Part shown: piece after piece, positions 55,768 through 64,000 of the stretch
Layout of the letters: every line of letters starts with the position of its first letter
How positions within the stretch are numbered: position 1 is the first letter of the stretch
Sequence record: JN673056
Length of the DNA stretch: 64,000 nucleotides
Source: Escherichia phage PhaxI
Direction: 5' to 3' (one strand)
Position numbers and translations under genes: made by a program
The notes under the pieces: model-generated
Told to the model about the DNA's origin: nothing
The model's input: the letters and a program-made list of their open reading frames with translations, nothing else
Database searches by the model: none

Positions 55768-56163
55768 TTATTCAATTTTTGCCCGACTTGGGCGAATGGT
55801 GTATTTTGGAACCAGTTTCCACTCTGAAACTTGGTCATGTTTTACAACTTTGATCCGAGACATGTCAGCCACTTCGGTTATTTGTTCCGGATGCAAGATC
55901 TTAACCATATTCCATTGCTCCAGAAGCCGTATAATCCGATTCATACGCAGGACATCTTCACGCGTAAAGCCGTTATAGTGCCCATCTAGCATGAACAAAT
56001 GCTTGAAATGCACGATGTGATATCTGCCAAATTTATGCAGGATATGGCACGTTTGATACAAGGTGTTAGGCTCTTGACGAGTGTTAACCCCTATCCGACT
56101 CAGCGTTTCCTTGATACCCAGGAAAATCCCTGGTTTGTCTTGGTTCAATTGAACTTCAACCAT
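55768..56163 (-). CDS. regA: Translational repressor RegA
   Basis: IKETLSRIGVN...LYQTCHILHKFGRYHIVHFKHLFMLDG...EWKLVPKYTI resembles T4 RegA; start set at MVEVQLNQ (the track ORF extends to 56232). Confidence 0.85.
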   Translation of the reverse strand: MVEVQLNQDKPGIFLGIKETLSRIGVNTRQEPNTLYQTCHILHKFGRYHIVHFKHLFMLDGHYNGFTREDVLRMNRIIRLLEQWNMVKILHPEQITEVADMSRIKVVKHDQVSEWKLVPKYTIRPSRAKIE

Positions 56164-56261
56164 ACAGTCAACAATGCTGGCCTCATCGTTGACAGCTGAA
56201 AGTTTTAAGATGTCCAGCGTATTACGCGCCATGACTCATACCCCTTTAACAATTATTTGAA

Positions 56262-56684
56262 TTACTTAGCCTTGCGCGGTTTGGCTTTTTCGTTGCTGTT
56301 GGAACGTTCGACCTTCGCCTTGATTTCAGCCAGGACTTCTTTCGGCAGGAATCGAACATATTCTGAAGCCTTTTCAGGACTGATGTAATAATACTCAGAA
56401 ATCAATTTCACATCAGGATCCATAGCTCCCTTCTTAGACCACTTGCCATAGCGACGTTTTGCCGGAATGCTATGAAACGCCAGGTTCCATTGCATCCAAG
56501 GAGTAATGGCATGAAAGCGGTTCATTTGTTCAGCAACCACAAGCGTGTCTTTACTCTGGGCAAGGCCGCGCCGAGTCATGAAAGGATCAAAAGCCTTTCT
56601 GATTTCGGGGTCTTCGGTCATCAACAGATTCTCTTTGGTGCTATTCAACGCACCGAGGTAATCGAACAGTGACGGAGCGGCCAT
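56262..56684 (-). CDS. 62: Clamp-loader small subunit gp62
   Basis: PAKRRYGKWSKK resembles T4 gp62 PRGKRYGKWAK; sits between gp44 and regA. Confidence 0.65.
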   Translation of the reverse strand: MAAPSLFDYLGALNSTKENLLMTEDPEIRKAFDPFMTRRGLAQSKDTLVVAEQMNRFHAITPWMQWNLAFHSIPAKRRYGKWSKKGAMDPDVKLISEYYYISPEKASEYVRFLPKEVLAEIKAKVERSNSNEKAKPRKAK

Positions 56685-56688
56685 AATA

Positions 56689-57678
56689 TTACTTCCATTT
56701 GATGTTGAGCATGACGTTAGTCAAGAAGTAAACGCCGTGTAACCAGACGTCGCCGACGGAACGATGTTCAATCTGAGACTGACCACAGACGCATACCAGA
56801 TCAGGGATTGACTCGTTTTGAATCAAAGGAGTCTTTTCCTTGTTCTGGGGAACGCAGAAATGGAAGAAACGGGAATAAAAATCTTCAGTGATGTAGTTTT
56901 GGTTGTCGGTCACCCACTGCTTCATCCCAGCCCAATCATTGGTTTTTAGGAAATCCACCAACGCTTGGAATTCCCCTGCTTTAACCTGTGCCAGAGCGCG
57001 TTCATCGATTTTACCAAACGTGGTGGCATTATCCTGAAGAGTTCCCATAATTTTGCGATTATCTGGGAAATATGATTTCACAATGGAAGCAATTACACCA
57101 GCTTCATACGGAATGCCTTCCTCTGTCAGGATAGTTGCGCAACGACGCATGAATTGAAGTTTAACTTCATCTGCTTCCTTTTCAGACCAGATAAAATCAA
57201 TTTCACGACAGCGGGAACGCAGAGGTTCGTTAACGCGCTGTTTCGCATTAGTCGTCAGGATGAAGGAGCAGTTTTTGGAGACTTTCTCTACGATGCCTTT
57301 CAGGGATTCCTGCGCCGCCATGGAAAGTCGCTCAACTTCATCGAGGATAACGACTTTGCGGCCACCGAAAACACTGACGCCAGTTGCGTATTGAATAACA
57401 CGGTCACGGATGACATCAATGCTGTTATCCAGTGACGCATTGATCATCAACGGTTTGATACAACCGATTTCGTTGCAAACAGCCAGAGCAGAAGTAGTCT
57501 TGCCCGTACCAGGCTGAGGGGAATAGAACAGCATTGAGGGGATGTTTCCATTGCCTGATGTAACATAGCCATGGATTTTTGCACGGACGTCTGAAGGGAG
57601 GACGATCTCATCCAGATTGTCAGGGCGATATTTGTTTTCCCACGCGTATTGATCTGTGACGATAGTGATGTTAGACAT
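56689..57678 (-). CDS. 44: Clamp-loader large subunit gp44 (RFC-like AAA+ ATPase)
   Basis: Walker A PQPGTGKTT, Walker B ILDEVE, sensor SRC; 329 aa. Confidence 0.9.
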   Translation of the reverse strand: MSNITIVTDQYAWENKYRPDNLDEIVLPSDVRAKIHGYVTSGNGNIPSMLFYSPQPGTGKTTSALAVCNEIGCIKPLMINASLDNSIDVIRDRVIQYATGVSVFGGRKVVILDEVERLSMAAQESLKGIVEKVSKNCSFILTTNAKQRVNEPLRSRCREIDFIWSEKEADEVKLQFMRRCATILTEEGIPYEAGVIASIVKSYFPDNRKIMGTLQDNATTFGKIDERALAQVKAGEFQALVDFLKTNDWAGMKQWVTDNQNYITEDFYSRFFHFCVPQNKEKTPLIQNESIPDLVCVCGQSQIEHRSVGDVWLHGVYFLTNVMLNIKWK

Positions 57679-57707
57679 TGCAGCCTCTTTAGATAAAACG
57701 TTTCAAA

Positions 57708-57725
57708 GGGCGGGGAAACCCCGCC
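57708..57725 (-). promoter_or_regulatory. Intergenic stem-loop cassette (PeSL-like), copy 3
   Basis: GGGCGGGGaaaCCCCGCC followed by CTTTGAAA and the gp44 RBS; same core as copies 1 and 2. Confidence 0.5.
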
Positions 57726-57755
57726 ACCGATAATAAAGCGCTGAATCGTTATTGA

Positions 57756-58424
57756 TTAATCCAGCTGCATGCCGACGTAATAGTTGATGGTGCCGTCTGC
57801 GGATTGGAAGTTAACCAGTTGCATTTCGGCACAGGCGCGGATCACGTAGTTTCCTTCGATCATTTTCAGGTTGACCACATCAACAGGCATAGCAAAATCG
57901 CCCAGAGTTGTTTCGCCCAATTCAACAGTGTAATCGTTGGAATTATCGATAGTAGTGGTCGTGCCTACCAGACGAGTTTTACCGCCGCTGGCAACCAGAC
58001 GTACAGTTTTGTGGCCCAGAGTAGAACAGGCGCGGGTCAGCTCTTTCATTTTTTCAGGAGTGACCGTTGCTTCGAATTCTACAGACGGGAGATCGATGCT
58101 GTCTGCTGGAACGACCGTCAATTCTTTAGCGGAACGCCAGAATTGCAGTTGGGAGTTTTCACCTTTCAGCAAAATGTGGTCTTCTGACATTTCAATTTTA
58201 CCGCCTTTGAAACTCGGAAGACGCTGGATTGCCAGCAGTTTGGTGAGATCTAGAATCGGGAATTCGAACGGGAAGTCTTCGTCGATATCAGCGATAGCGA
58301 TAACTGTACTGGAATCGTTAACGGTGCGCAGCTTTTTACCAGGTGCCAGAACGATAGAGGGGCAGATGGTTTCAAAGTTAGCCAGCAGTTGTAAAGTGCG
58401 TTCGGAGAGAGTGATCTCTTGCAT
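57756..58424 (-). CDS. 45: Sliding clamp gp45
   Basis: 222 aa directly upstream of 44/62/regA (T4 synteny); size and composition fit gp45. Confidence 0.75.
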   Translation of the reverse strand: MQEITLSERTLQLLANFETICPSIVLAPGKKLRTVNDSSTVIAIADIDEDFPFEFPILDLTKLLAIQRLPSFKGGKIEMSEDHILLKGENSQLQFWRSAKELTVVPADSIDLPSVEFEATVTPEKMKELTRACSTLGHKTVRLVASGGKTRLVGTTTTIDNSNDYTVELGETTLGDFAMPVDVVNLKMIEGNYVIRACAEMQLVNFQSADGTINYYVGMQLD

Positions 58425-58761
58425 TGTTTATATCCTCAAAATATAGTGGGGTTCAAGTCATGTTTGACGCAAATTAGTATCGCGTGTTTGCAGTTATAGA
58501 ACAAGTGTTAAAATGCCCTACGCGCGATAAATAAATGCCTGACGGCATTTATAGTATTCTGTTTTAATAAAAACCTTTCTTTATCAGTCTACTCGCTTCG
58601 CTCGTGATAATACTCGTTGCTCGCAAAGCTCACAACTCGTATATTACGCACGGATTGTTCAACAAGAAAGCGATTTTTATTCAACTAGCAAAATAATTTA
58701 TTTGGTCTAAACACAGCATGAGATTATTATGTAGTTATGTTTACTAACAAGAGAGTGATAT

Positions 58762-59139
58762 ATGAAACAATTCGTGGGTTTATATGCAGTGGGGGAAGTT
58801 CAAGAATCCAACCTTTCAATGTCTTCAATGTTGGCAGAAGCACAACCGACATTGAAAGGTGTTTACTTACACAGCCTCTATCGCACTTCTAAGTTTGTTG
58901 TGACACCAATGATGGTGATTCCGTTACTGCCAGACACCAAAGGTCTGTATATCGGCATTATCCAACAAGGACAGGCGCGGGAAGTGAAAGTCATCCCGCT
59001 GATGGAATCTAATGAAGAACTGATGAGTCAGATTCTTGAGCCGGAAGTTCTACAACAATGCGTCAACACGATGGGTTGTTTGTTCGGTTCTAACAAAGAC
59101 GGCGAGGCAACCCCCGCCTATGTGAATCAAGATAAATGA
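58762..59139 (+). CDS. Hypothetical protein (plus strand)
   Basis: 125-aa ORF filling the gap between gp45 and uvsW; GAGAG RBS. Confidence 0.4.
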   Translation: MKQFVGLYAVGEVQESNLSMSSMLAEAQPTLKGVYLHSLYRTSKFVVTPMMVIPLLPDTKGLYIGIIQQGQAREVKVIPLMESNEELMSQILEPEVLQQCVNTMGCLFGSNKDGEATPAYVNQDK

Positions 59140-59141
59140 AT

Positions 59142-60647
59142 TTATTGGAGCGATACTTTCTTCATTTGTACAGGGTGTCGCTCCATAAGATAAAATTTAT
59201 ATCTCTCATGTGAATGTCTAAGGGCATGGTTGTACGAAAATCCTTTGTAACGCAAGTTGTCTACTAAATCCCAGATCTTGGCAACATCCTTTGAAGAGTG
59301 CTGGCGCATGAGACGCCCTAAAGTCTGTATGACACGGATATAGGATTTACTCGGGTGTGCCAATATCAGATGATGAAGTTTTTTGATCGACACGCCTTGC
59401 TGCATGGTTCCATATGACGCCAACAGTGTTATATCTTCACCCTCTTCCATCGCTGCCTGAATTTGTTTACGAACTTCTGTCTTAACTTCGCCGTTGATGA
59501 CAAATACGTTTTTCTTAACGGCTGAAAGCATTTCATAAACAATCATCATATGGGCGTCAATGCGTTCGAACATGACGGCCACGTTACCTTTCAAAGACAA
59601 TGCCATTCTGGCTATTAACTCGTTTCGACGTTCATTCGCTATGAGGAATTCTATTTCCTTTTGATACTCAGCACCATGCATTTCTATACAATCCGCCATG
59701 GGATGTATGACTTCAATCATGTTGACATGGATATCTGTGGCATAACCAAGATTGATCAAATCACGCGCTGTAATAATTTTATGATATGCACCAAAGTGAG
59801 CAACGACTTGTAACCCTGCGACCTTTGTATTCGCCAGAGTTCCAGTTACACCCAAACGTTGGTCAGCGTTAATACAGTTGTTCAGGATATAAGATAGCTT
59901 TTCAGATTTAGATGTGTGTACTTCGTCGACAACAATATCCCCAAATTGATGGAACCATTCTTTGGGCTGATTCTGAATTCCCTGCCAAGTGGAAATGACT
60001 ATGGGCTTGAATATATCCTTTGTTGCACCTTCACATATCATCTGGACATTCATCATCGGATTCCAATCTGTCCCGTGGCTGTATTCCTCAAAGTTGTCAT
60101 ACAACTGAGTCACCAAGTGAATGGAAGGTACAACGATCAACGTCTTGAGATTGCTTTCCAGTGCCTCTCTGCGTTGCCTGTAGTAACGCGCCATGATGTA
60201 CAAAATAAACGATTTACCCGCGCTCGTAGCCGCTTCTAGCACGCATCTGGATTGGCGTATTGCTGTGGCCACTGAGTCGAATTGATAGTCACGCACTGTT
60301 GCGATTTGGTATTGCTTGTTTTCATCACGGTAAACAGCGTCAGGAATGATAAATGTATGTATCTCTTCGTCTGGTATATCTTGGATATATTTTAAGGCGG
60401 GATCTAATTTGATGGTGTAACCATTCATCTTACAGAACTTAAACACCTCAAACAACAGACCGATGTCTATAAGGCCAGAACTCTTTGTGAACAAGCGTAC
60501 CACGCCGTCCCATTTACTGAATGGATTTGGTTGGAAATTAGGATCTTCAAATTTGAAGTAATCGTTGAGTTCTTCACGGATATAGTCCTCGGCAAGGATC
60601 CGCATTCTAACTTCGTTCACTTTGACTATTTGGATCTCAGACATCAC
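59142..60647 (-). CDS. uvsW: UvsW SF2 DNA helicase
   Basis: Walker A AATSAGKS, Walker B VVDEVH, helicase C-terminal motifs; 501 aa. Confidence 0.85.
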   Translation of the reverse strand: MMSEIQIVKVNEVRMRILAEDYIREELNDYFKFEDPNFQPNPFSKWDGVVRLFTKSSGLIDIGLLFEVFKFCKMNGYTIKLDPALKYIQDIPDEEIHTFIIPDAVYRDENKQYQIATVRDYQFDSVATAIRQSRCVLEAATSAGKSFILYIMARYYRQRREALESNLKTLIVVPSIHLVTQLYDNFEEYSHGTDWNPMMNVQMICEGATKDIFKPIVISTWQGIQNQPKEWFHQFGDIVVDEVHTSKSEKLSYILNNCINADQRLGVTGTLANTKVAGLQVVAHFGAYHKIITARDLINLGYATDIHVNMIEVIHPMADCIEMHGAEYQKEIEFLIANERRNELIARMALSLKGNVAVMFERIDAHMMIVYEMLSAVKKNVFVINGEVKTEVRKQIQAAMEEGEDITLLASYGTMQQGVSIKKLHHLILAHPSKSYIRVIQTLGRLMRQHSSKDVAKIWDLVDNLRYKGFSYNHALRHSHERYKFYLMERHPVQMKKVSLQ

Positions 60648-60673
60648 TAATTTCCCCCAATATTATGGAGTAT

Positions 60674-61447
60674 TTAGCGATCCGCCCAGATTCCTTTCTG
60701 TTCTTTATCCATTTTGTGATACAGGCGAACACGATCAAACATTTTAGAAATAACGTCTTTGCGATCGAATTCGATTATGGTGGGAACAAGGGCATTTTCG
60801 TTGGATATAATATTGATTAAACGCTCTATCTTAACATTAAACATCTGTTGAAACATGACTGAGTATAGGCACAATTGAATACTATAATCTTCTATCATGC
60901 TTCGAGTTTTCAGGGTGTTGGATGTTTTGAAATCGATTATGCTAGGGATTCCCTCGTAAACGCCGATGAGGTCAACACGACCAGCAAGACCCAGGACTTC
61001 GCTATATAACGGAATCTCCTGTGCGTATATCTTGCTCATTTTGTTCAGGTAGGGGAAGACCTGTTTAAACATAAACACGTATTCCCCTGCGGCTTCTAAC
61101 ACTTCCTTCATCGGCCTGTTTTTGAGATACAACTCACAAGCCAAATGAAGTTTTTCCCCACGGTCTGCGCAACGATGTGTTTCTATATCAGCAGCTTCAT
61201 GTCCCAACTTGTCCCGCCAGGCTTCTAACCATGTGTGGTCACCAGTACGCCCTAACATGGTCGTCACTGAAGTCAGTTTGACTCCAGTGGGAGAAACATA
61301 GTGACGACCATTTTCGGTAGTTACGCAAGTCAGTTCCTTAAACGGCAAGGAATATTGCTGAAATGTATGATGACGATTTTCAAAGTCATTAAGTTTGCGC
61401 AAAGCCTGTAGAGAAACCATTACATCCCATCCAAATATTTTCGCCAA
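60674..61447 (-). CDS. Hypothetical protein (possible PD-(D/E)xK nuclease)
   Basis: RVDLIG...IIDFKTS tract; start uncertain (track start overlaps the upstream gene by 28 nt; internal Met at 61420). Confidence 0.4.
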   Translation of the reverse strand: MAKIFGWDVMVSLQALRKLNDFENRHHTFQQYSLPFKELTCVTTENGRHYVSPTGVKLTSVTTMLGRTGDHTWLEAWRDKLGHEAADIETHRCADRGEKLHLACELYLKNRPMKEVLEAAGEYVFMFKQVFPYLNKMSKIYAQEIPLYSEVLGLAGRVDLIGVYEGIPSIIDFKTSNTLKTRSMIEDYSIQLCLYSVMFQQMFNVKIERLINIISNENALVPTIIEFDRKDVISKMFDRVRLYHKMDKEQKGIWADR

Positions 61448-61875
61448 TCAATAGCATTCTTCACTTCATATCCGAGTTTGTTCAAACGATCTAAGCAACT
61501 TTCGATAAACTTGACTTTGGCTTTCTGCTCCTGAAGCATGCTAGACAATTCGATATAATCATTATCTGCCTTTACCCATACGTCTATATCAGATTTCAGG
61601 GGTTTAACTTTTAATGGGCGTTCAACATAAACATTGGGCGGCAATTCCCCTGCATAAAATCGGCGTAAATAAAGATCTATTCGGCGGAATTTGCCAGTTA
61701 GATACTCAAGATATCTTCCTTCCCGAATATAATGGCGTTGCACAGTCATCCACGAACGACCAATTTTCAATGACATTTGGTCTAAGTTCATGTCTTCAGG
61801 ATTTACCGAAATAAGAGGATCCAATTCTGCCATTATATCTTCGGTTTTCATCGTTTCAAGTTTTGTTTCGCTCAT
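61420..61875 (-). CDS. uvsY: UvsY-like recombination mediator (tentative)
   Basis: Small helical protein directly upstream of uvsW-adjacent genes; call rests on synteny and weak pattern similarity. Confidence 0.4.
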   Translation of the reverse strand: MSETKLETMKTEDIMAELDPLISVNPEDMNLDQMSLKIGRSWMTVQRHYIREGRYLEYLTGKFRRIDLYLRRFYAGELPPNVYVERPLKVKPLKSDIDVWVKADNDYIELSSMLQEQKAKVKFIESCLDRLNKLGYEVKNAIDWRKYLDGM

Positions 61876-61913
61876 GATTTATTCCCTGCTGTTTCAACTC
61901 TCTGTATTATAAC

Positions 61914-62411
61914 TTATTGTTTATCAATTTCGCGGGTGACGCGAGTCGGAGTCAGTTTCAAATATTTGAACGTAACAGTCGTGACCAGTTGGGGAACCGC
62001 AGCATCCACATCCACCAATACGTTGTCCAAAGCTGTGGGACGGGCTTCTTCCAACAACAATTGTAGACCAATAGGTCGATTCATGTTATCAAGAAGGTCG
62101 ATGGTGATGTCGCGGCTGACAGCTAAATCAGATCCAGCATTGGACGCAATCCAATTGTAAATCTGTTCCCAGTTGTACCAACTCTCATCGATAACGAACG
62201 TAAATACGATGGGGTCATACGTGAGACGTTCTGAAGGTATAGAGTTTAGGACATCGCCAGGGGATGGGCCTTCGATACCTTCAGAATACACGCCAGGGAT
62301 ACTGAAGTCATGTATCGAACGGGTTAACAGCACCAGGTCTCCGATAGTTAAGCGCCATTTATCGGAAGCCGCGAAATTAGGATTTTCGTTTTTGAATTGT
62401 ACACCTGTCAT
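61914..62411 (-). CDS. Hypothetical protein
   Basis: 165-aa ORF. Confidence 0.4.
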   Translation of the reverse strand: MTGVQFKNENPNFAASDKWRLTIGDLVLLTRSIHDFSIPGVYSEGIEGPSPGDVLNSIPSERLTYDPIVFTFVIDESWYNWEQIYNWIASNAGSDLAVSRDITIDLLDNMNRPIGLQLLLEEARPTALDNVLVDVDAAVPQLVTTVTFKYLKLTPTRVTREIDKQ

Positions 62412-62471
62412 GTTAGCACCTTTGCTGTGGAGAACGTTTTAGTGTTCCTGATACGTGGATTCAGAAAATGG

Positions 62472-63095
62472 ATCATGACGATGATAATGGTTCTTGTACT
62501 TACAAGCTGCCGTATCTTTGTCACGTCCGTCATTTCTGTCACCGATCTTTGGGATCCTGAAATCAGAACTATACCAGTCAATATTTCTGCTGATGTCGAC
62601 AAATGTAATAAAAAGTTACTGAATCAAGTTGTGGCAGACTTCCAGAATTTCCAAACCATACAAGTCGTCGGTTGTTTTTATGATAACAACCAGGCGTTGA
62701 GACCGTACTGGAAAACCACGATCCCTCTATTGAGGAAAGGTGATGAGGGAAAAATCCCTTATCTGTCTGCCAGTATTTACTACTCACAAAACAACAGCAT
62801 CATAGCCACATTCAATCCATCTTTCTTTGAAAAATTGAGGAGATATACAACAGCAAGAAATGTGGAATTGACAATGGATATCACGATATCTTTTCAGATA
62901 ATTAACAACACAAAAACGCCTATTCGGATTGCTACTCAAGGCGTTTTTGTGAATGGGTCTGCTGTTGGAAACGAGATGAACATCTATGAGATAAGGCCAG
63001 GGGGTAAGGTTTGGATTCGCCTGAGCGATGTTGGAGTGGACTCCCTGATGATCGAAGGCATCGAACCAGTGGGAGTCCTCCCTGCTCGTCATTGA
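62472..63095 (+). CDS. Putative lipoprotein (plus strand)
   Basis: Internal start giving MTMIMVLVLTSC with lipobox-like LTSC; the track ORF starts at 62397; start uncertain. Confidence 0.35.
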   Translation: MMTMIMVLVLTSCRIFVTSVISVTDLWDPEIRTIPVNISADVDKCNKKLLNQVVADFQNFQTIQVVGCFYDNNQALRPYWKTTIPLLRKGDEGKIPYLSASIYYSQNNSIIATFNPSFFEKLRRYTTARNVELTMDITISFQIINNTKTPIRIATQGVFVNGSAVGNEMNIYEIRPGGKVWIRLSDVGVDSLMIEGIEPVGVLPARH

Positions 63096-63096
63096 T

Positions 63097-63825
63097 TTAT
63101 TTCAGGGATTCTTTTAATGCTGGAGTCCCTATTTTGTCAATAACACCTCCGGCGCACAGATCTTTAGCCCATTCCGCGAGCACGTTAGCAAAAGAGAAAT
63201 TCAAGCACTCTTTGATCATACTTTCAATATGAGCAAGTTCTGCAGCTATCCCATCGGTGATATCGTTTATAACTCCATTGACGGCGGTTATTGCCTCATT
63301 GATATGTCCTGTTACTTCAGCAGCCAATTGCTGTAGTTTTGCCATCCCTTCTGAGGCACCTTCCATAATCATGTCATACAATTCCGATATCTTGTTAGTC
63401 ACAGTCTGGAGAGCGCCTTCCATAGCATTCAGCCATTGGCGTCCTAAATCCTGAACAACACCAAAAGCCTTGTTGATCAGATCACAATTGTTTGGTTCCC
63501 GTGATATACTTTTCAAACCTGATTTATATGAAACGGAAGTCCCAATTCTTGAATACGCTTCATTTACACTCTGGTCGCCATATGTGTTCAGTGTCGTTAT
63601 CCCCGTGTTGGCAGAGCTATACATGTTTGTGGCTGCTGTAAGTTTATCTGGTGTTAATCCACCTGCTGACATAGCCACCTGCATCTCCGGAGTCGCGTTG
63701 GCAGTTATCAATGGTATATTGGTACTACCACTGGTGATTAAATCCTGTGAGGGACCGGAGAGGGACGGAAGCGGGTTGCTAAATGCATTACCAGAGGAAA
63801 GGACATCGTAGATTTGTGCGTTCAT
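63097..63825 (-). CDS. Hypothetical protein
   Basis: 242-aa ORF, Ser/Thr/Ala-rich N-terminal half. Confidence 0.45.
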   Translation of the reverse strand: MNAQIYDVLSSGNAFSNPLPSLSGPSQDLITSGSTNIPLITANATPEMQVAMSAGGLTPDKLTAATNMYSSANTGITTLNTYGDQSVNEAYSRIGTSVSYKSGLKSISREPNNCDLINKAFGVVQDLGRQWLNAMEGALQTVTNKISELYDMIMEGASEGMAKLQQLAAEVTGHINEAITAVNGVINDITDGIAAELAHIESMIKECLNFSFANVLAEWAKDLCAGGVIDKIGTPALKESLK

Positions 63826-63831
63826 AAAAAT

Positions 63832-63849
63832 ACCCCCAATTTTGGGGGT
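63832..63849 (-). terminator. Terminator-like hairpin immediately upstream of the 63097..63825 start
   Basis: ACCCCCaattttGGGGGT followed by TTTTT-ATG on the minus strand. Confidence 0.5.
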
Positions 63850-63855
63850 ATTTAA

Positions 63856-64000
63856 TCATGGTAGATGATAAATAAAGTTTTCCGAGAACTTTTTGGCAAA
63901 CTTCTTCAGAAAGATGAATTTGGGGTCACGTGGGATACCCTTCATGTCATCTAAAGTAATAAAACAGATGCGCGCCATGAAGTACATGGTAAATGCGACA
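63856..64000 (-). CDS. Hypothetical protein, 3' end only (gene begins beyond the window end)
   Basis: Open minus-strand frame ...MARICFITLDDMKGIPRDPKFIFLKKFAKKFSENFIYHLP ending at TGA 63856-63858. Confidence 0.4.
   Translation of the reverse strand, partial: VAFTMYFMARICFITLDDMKGIPRDPKFIFLKKFAKKFSENFIYHLP

Noticed and set aside
1-64000. tRNA genes, CRISPR arrays, integrase/transposase genes, self-splicing introns or homing-endonuclease insertions in nrdA/nrdB
   Set aside because: Intergenic regions were scanned by eye for tRNA T-loop/D-loop signatures and repeat-spacer structure and none was found; nrdA and nrdB are uninterrupted; no recombinase motifs were seen. A tRNAscan/Infernal run would be needed to exclude small RNAs completely

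Overview
This 64-kb window looks like a densely coded segment of a T4-like (Tevenvirinae/Straboviridae-type) myovirus genome, with no sign of host chromosome, integrase, CRISPR array or tRNA. Most genes are on the minus strand and form T4-style early/middle modules: replication and recombination (gp41 helicase partial at the window start, UvsX, gp32, gp61 primase, gp45/gp44/gp62 clamp and loader, RegA, UvsW, UvsY-like, gp46/gp47, RNase HI, a DinG-like helicase, HU), nucleotide metabolism (NrdA/NrdB/glutaredoxin, dNMP kinase, a dCTPase/dUTPase-like pyrophosphatase, a thymidylate-synthase-family enzyme, an extra P-loop kinase), a gp55-like late sigma factor, PhoH and an endolysin. Short plus-strand islands carry late genes (gp5-like spike, gp25-like wedge and two structural ORFs), two of them behind exact TATAAATA late-promoter motifs. 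All calls rest on motifs read directly from the ORF translations and on remembered family signatures; no database search was run. The most interesting candidates for something new are (1) the pyrimidine-modification-like module upstream of uvsX (2538-5890) and (2) an island with no T4 counterpart (46413-55754) holding a vWA-domain protein, an acyl-carrier-protein-like protein whose carrier serine is replaced by Asp, and large proteins of unknown function. Also notable are a block of envelope-targeted proteins (40429-44596) and repeated promoter/stem-loop/RBS cassettes in intergenic regions.
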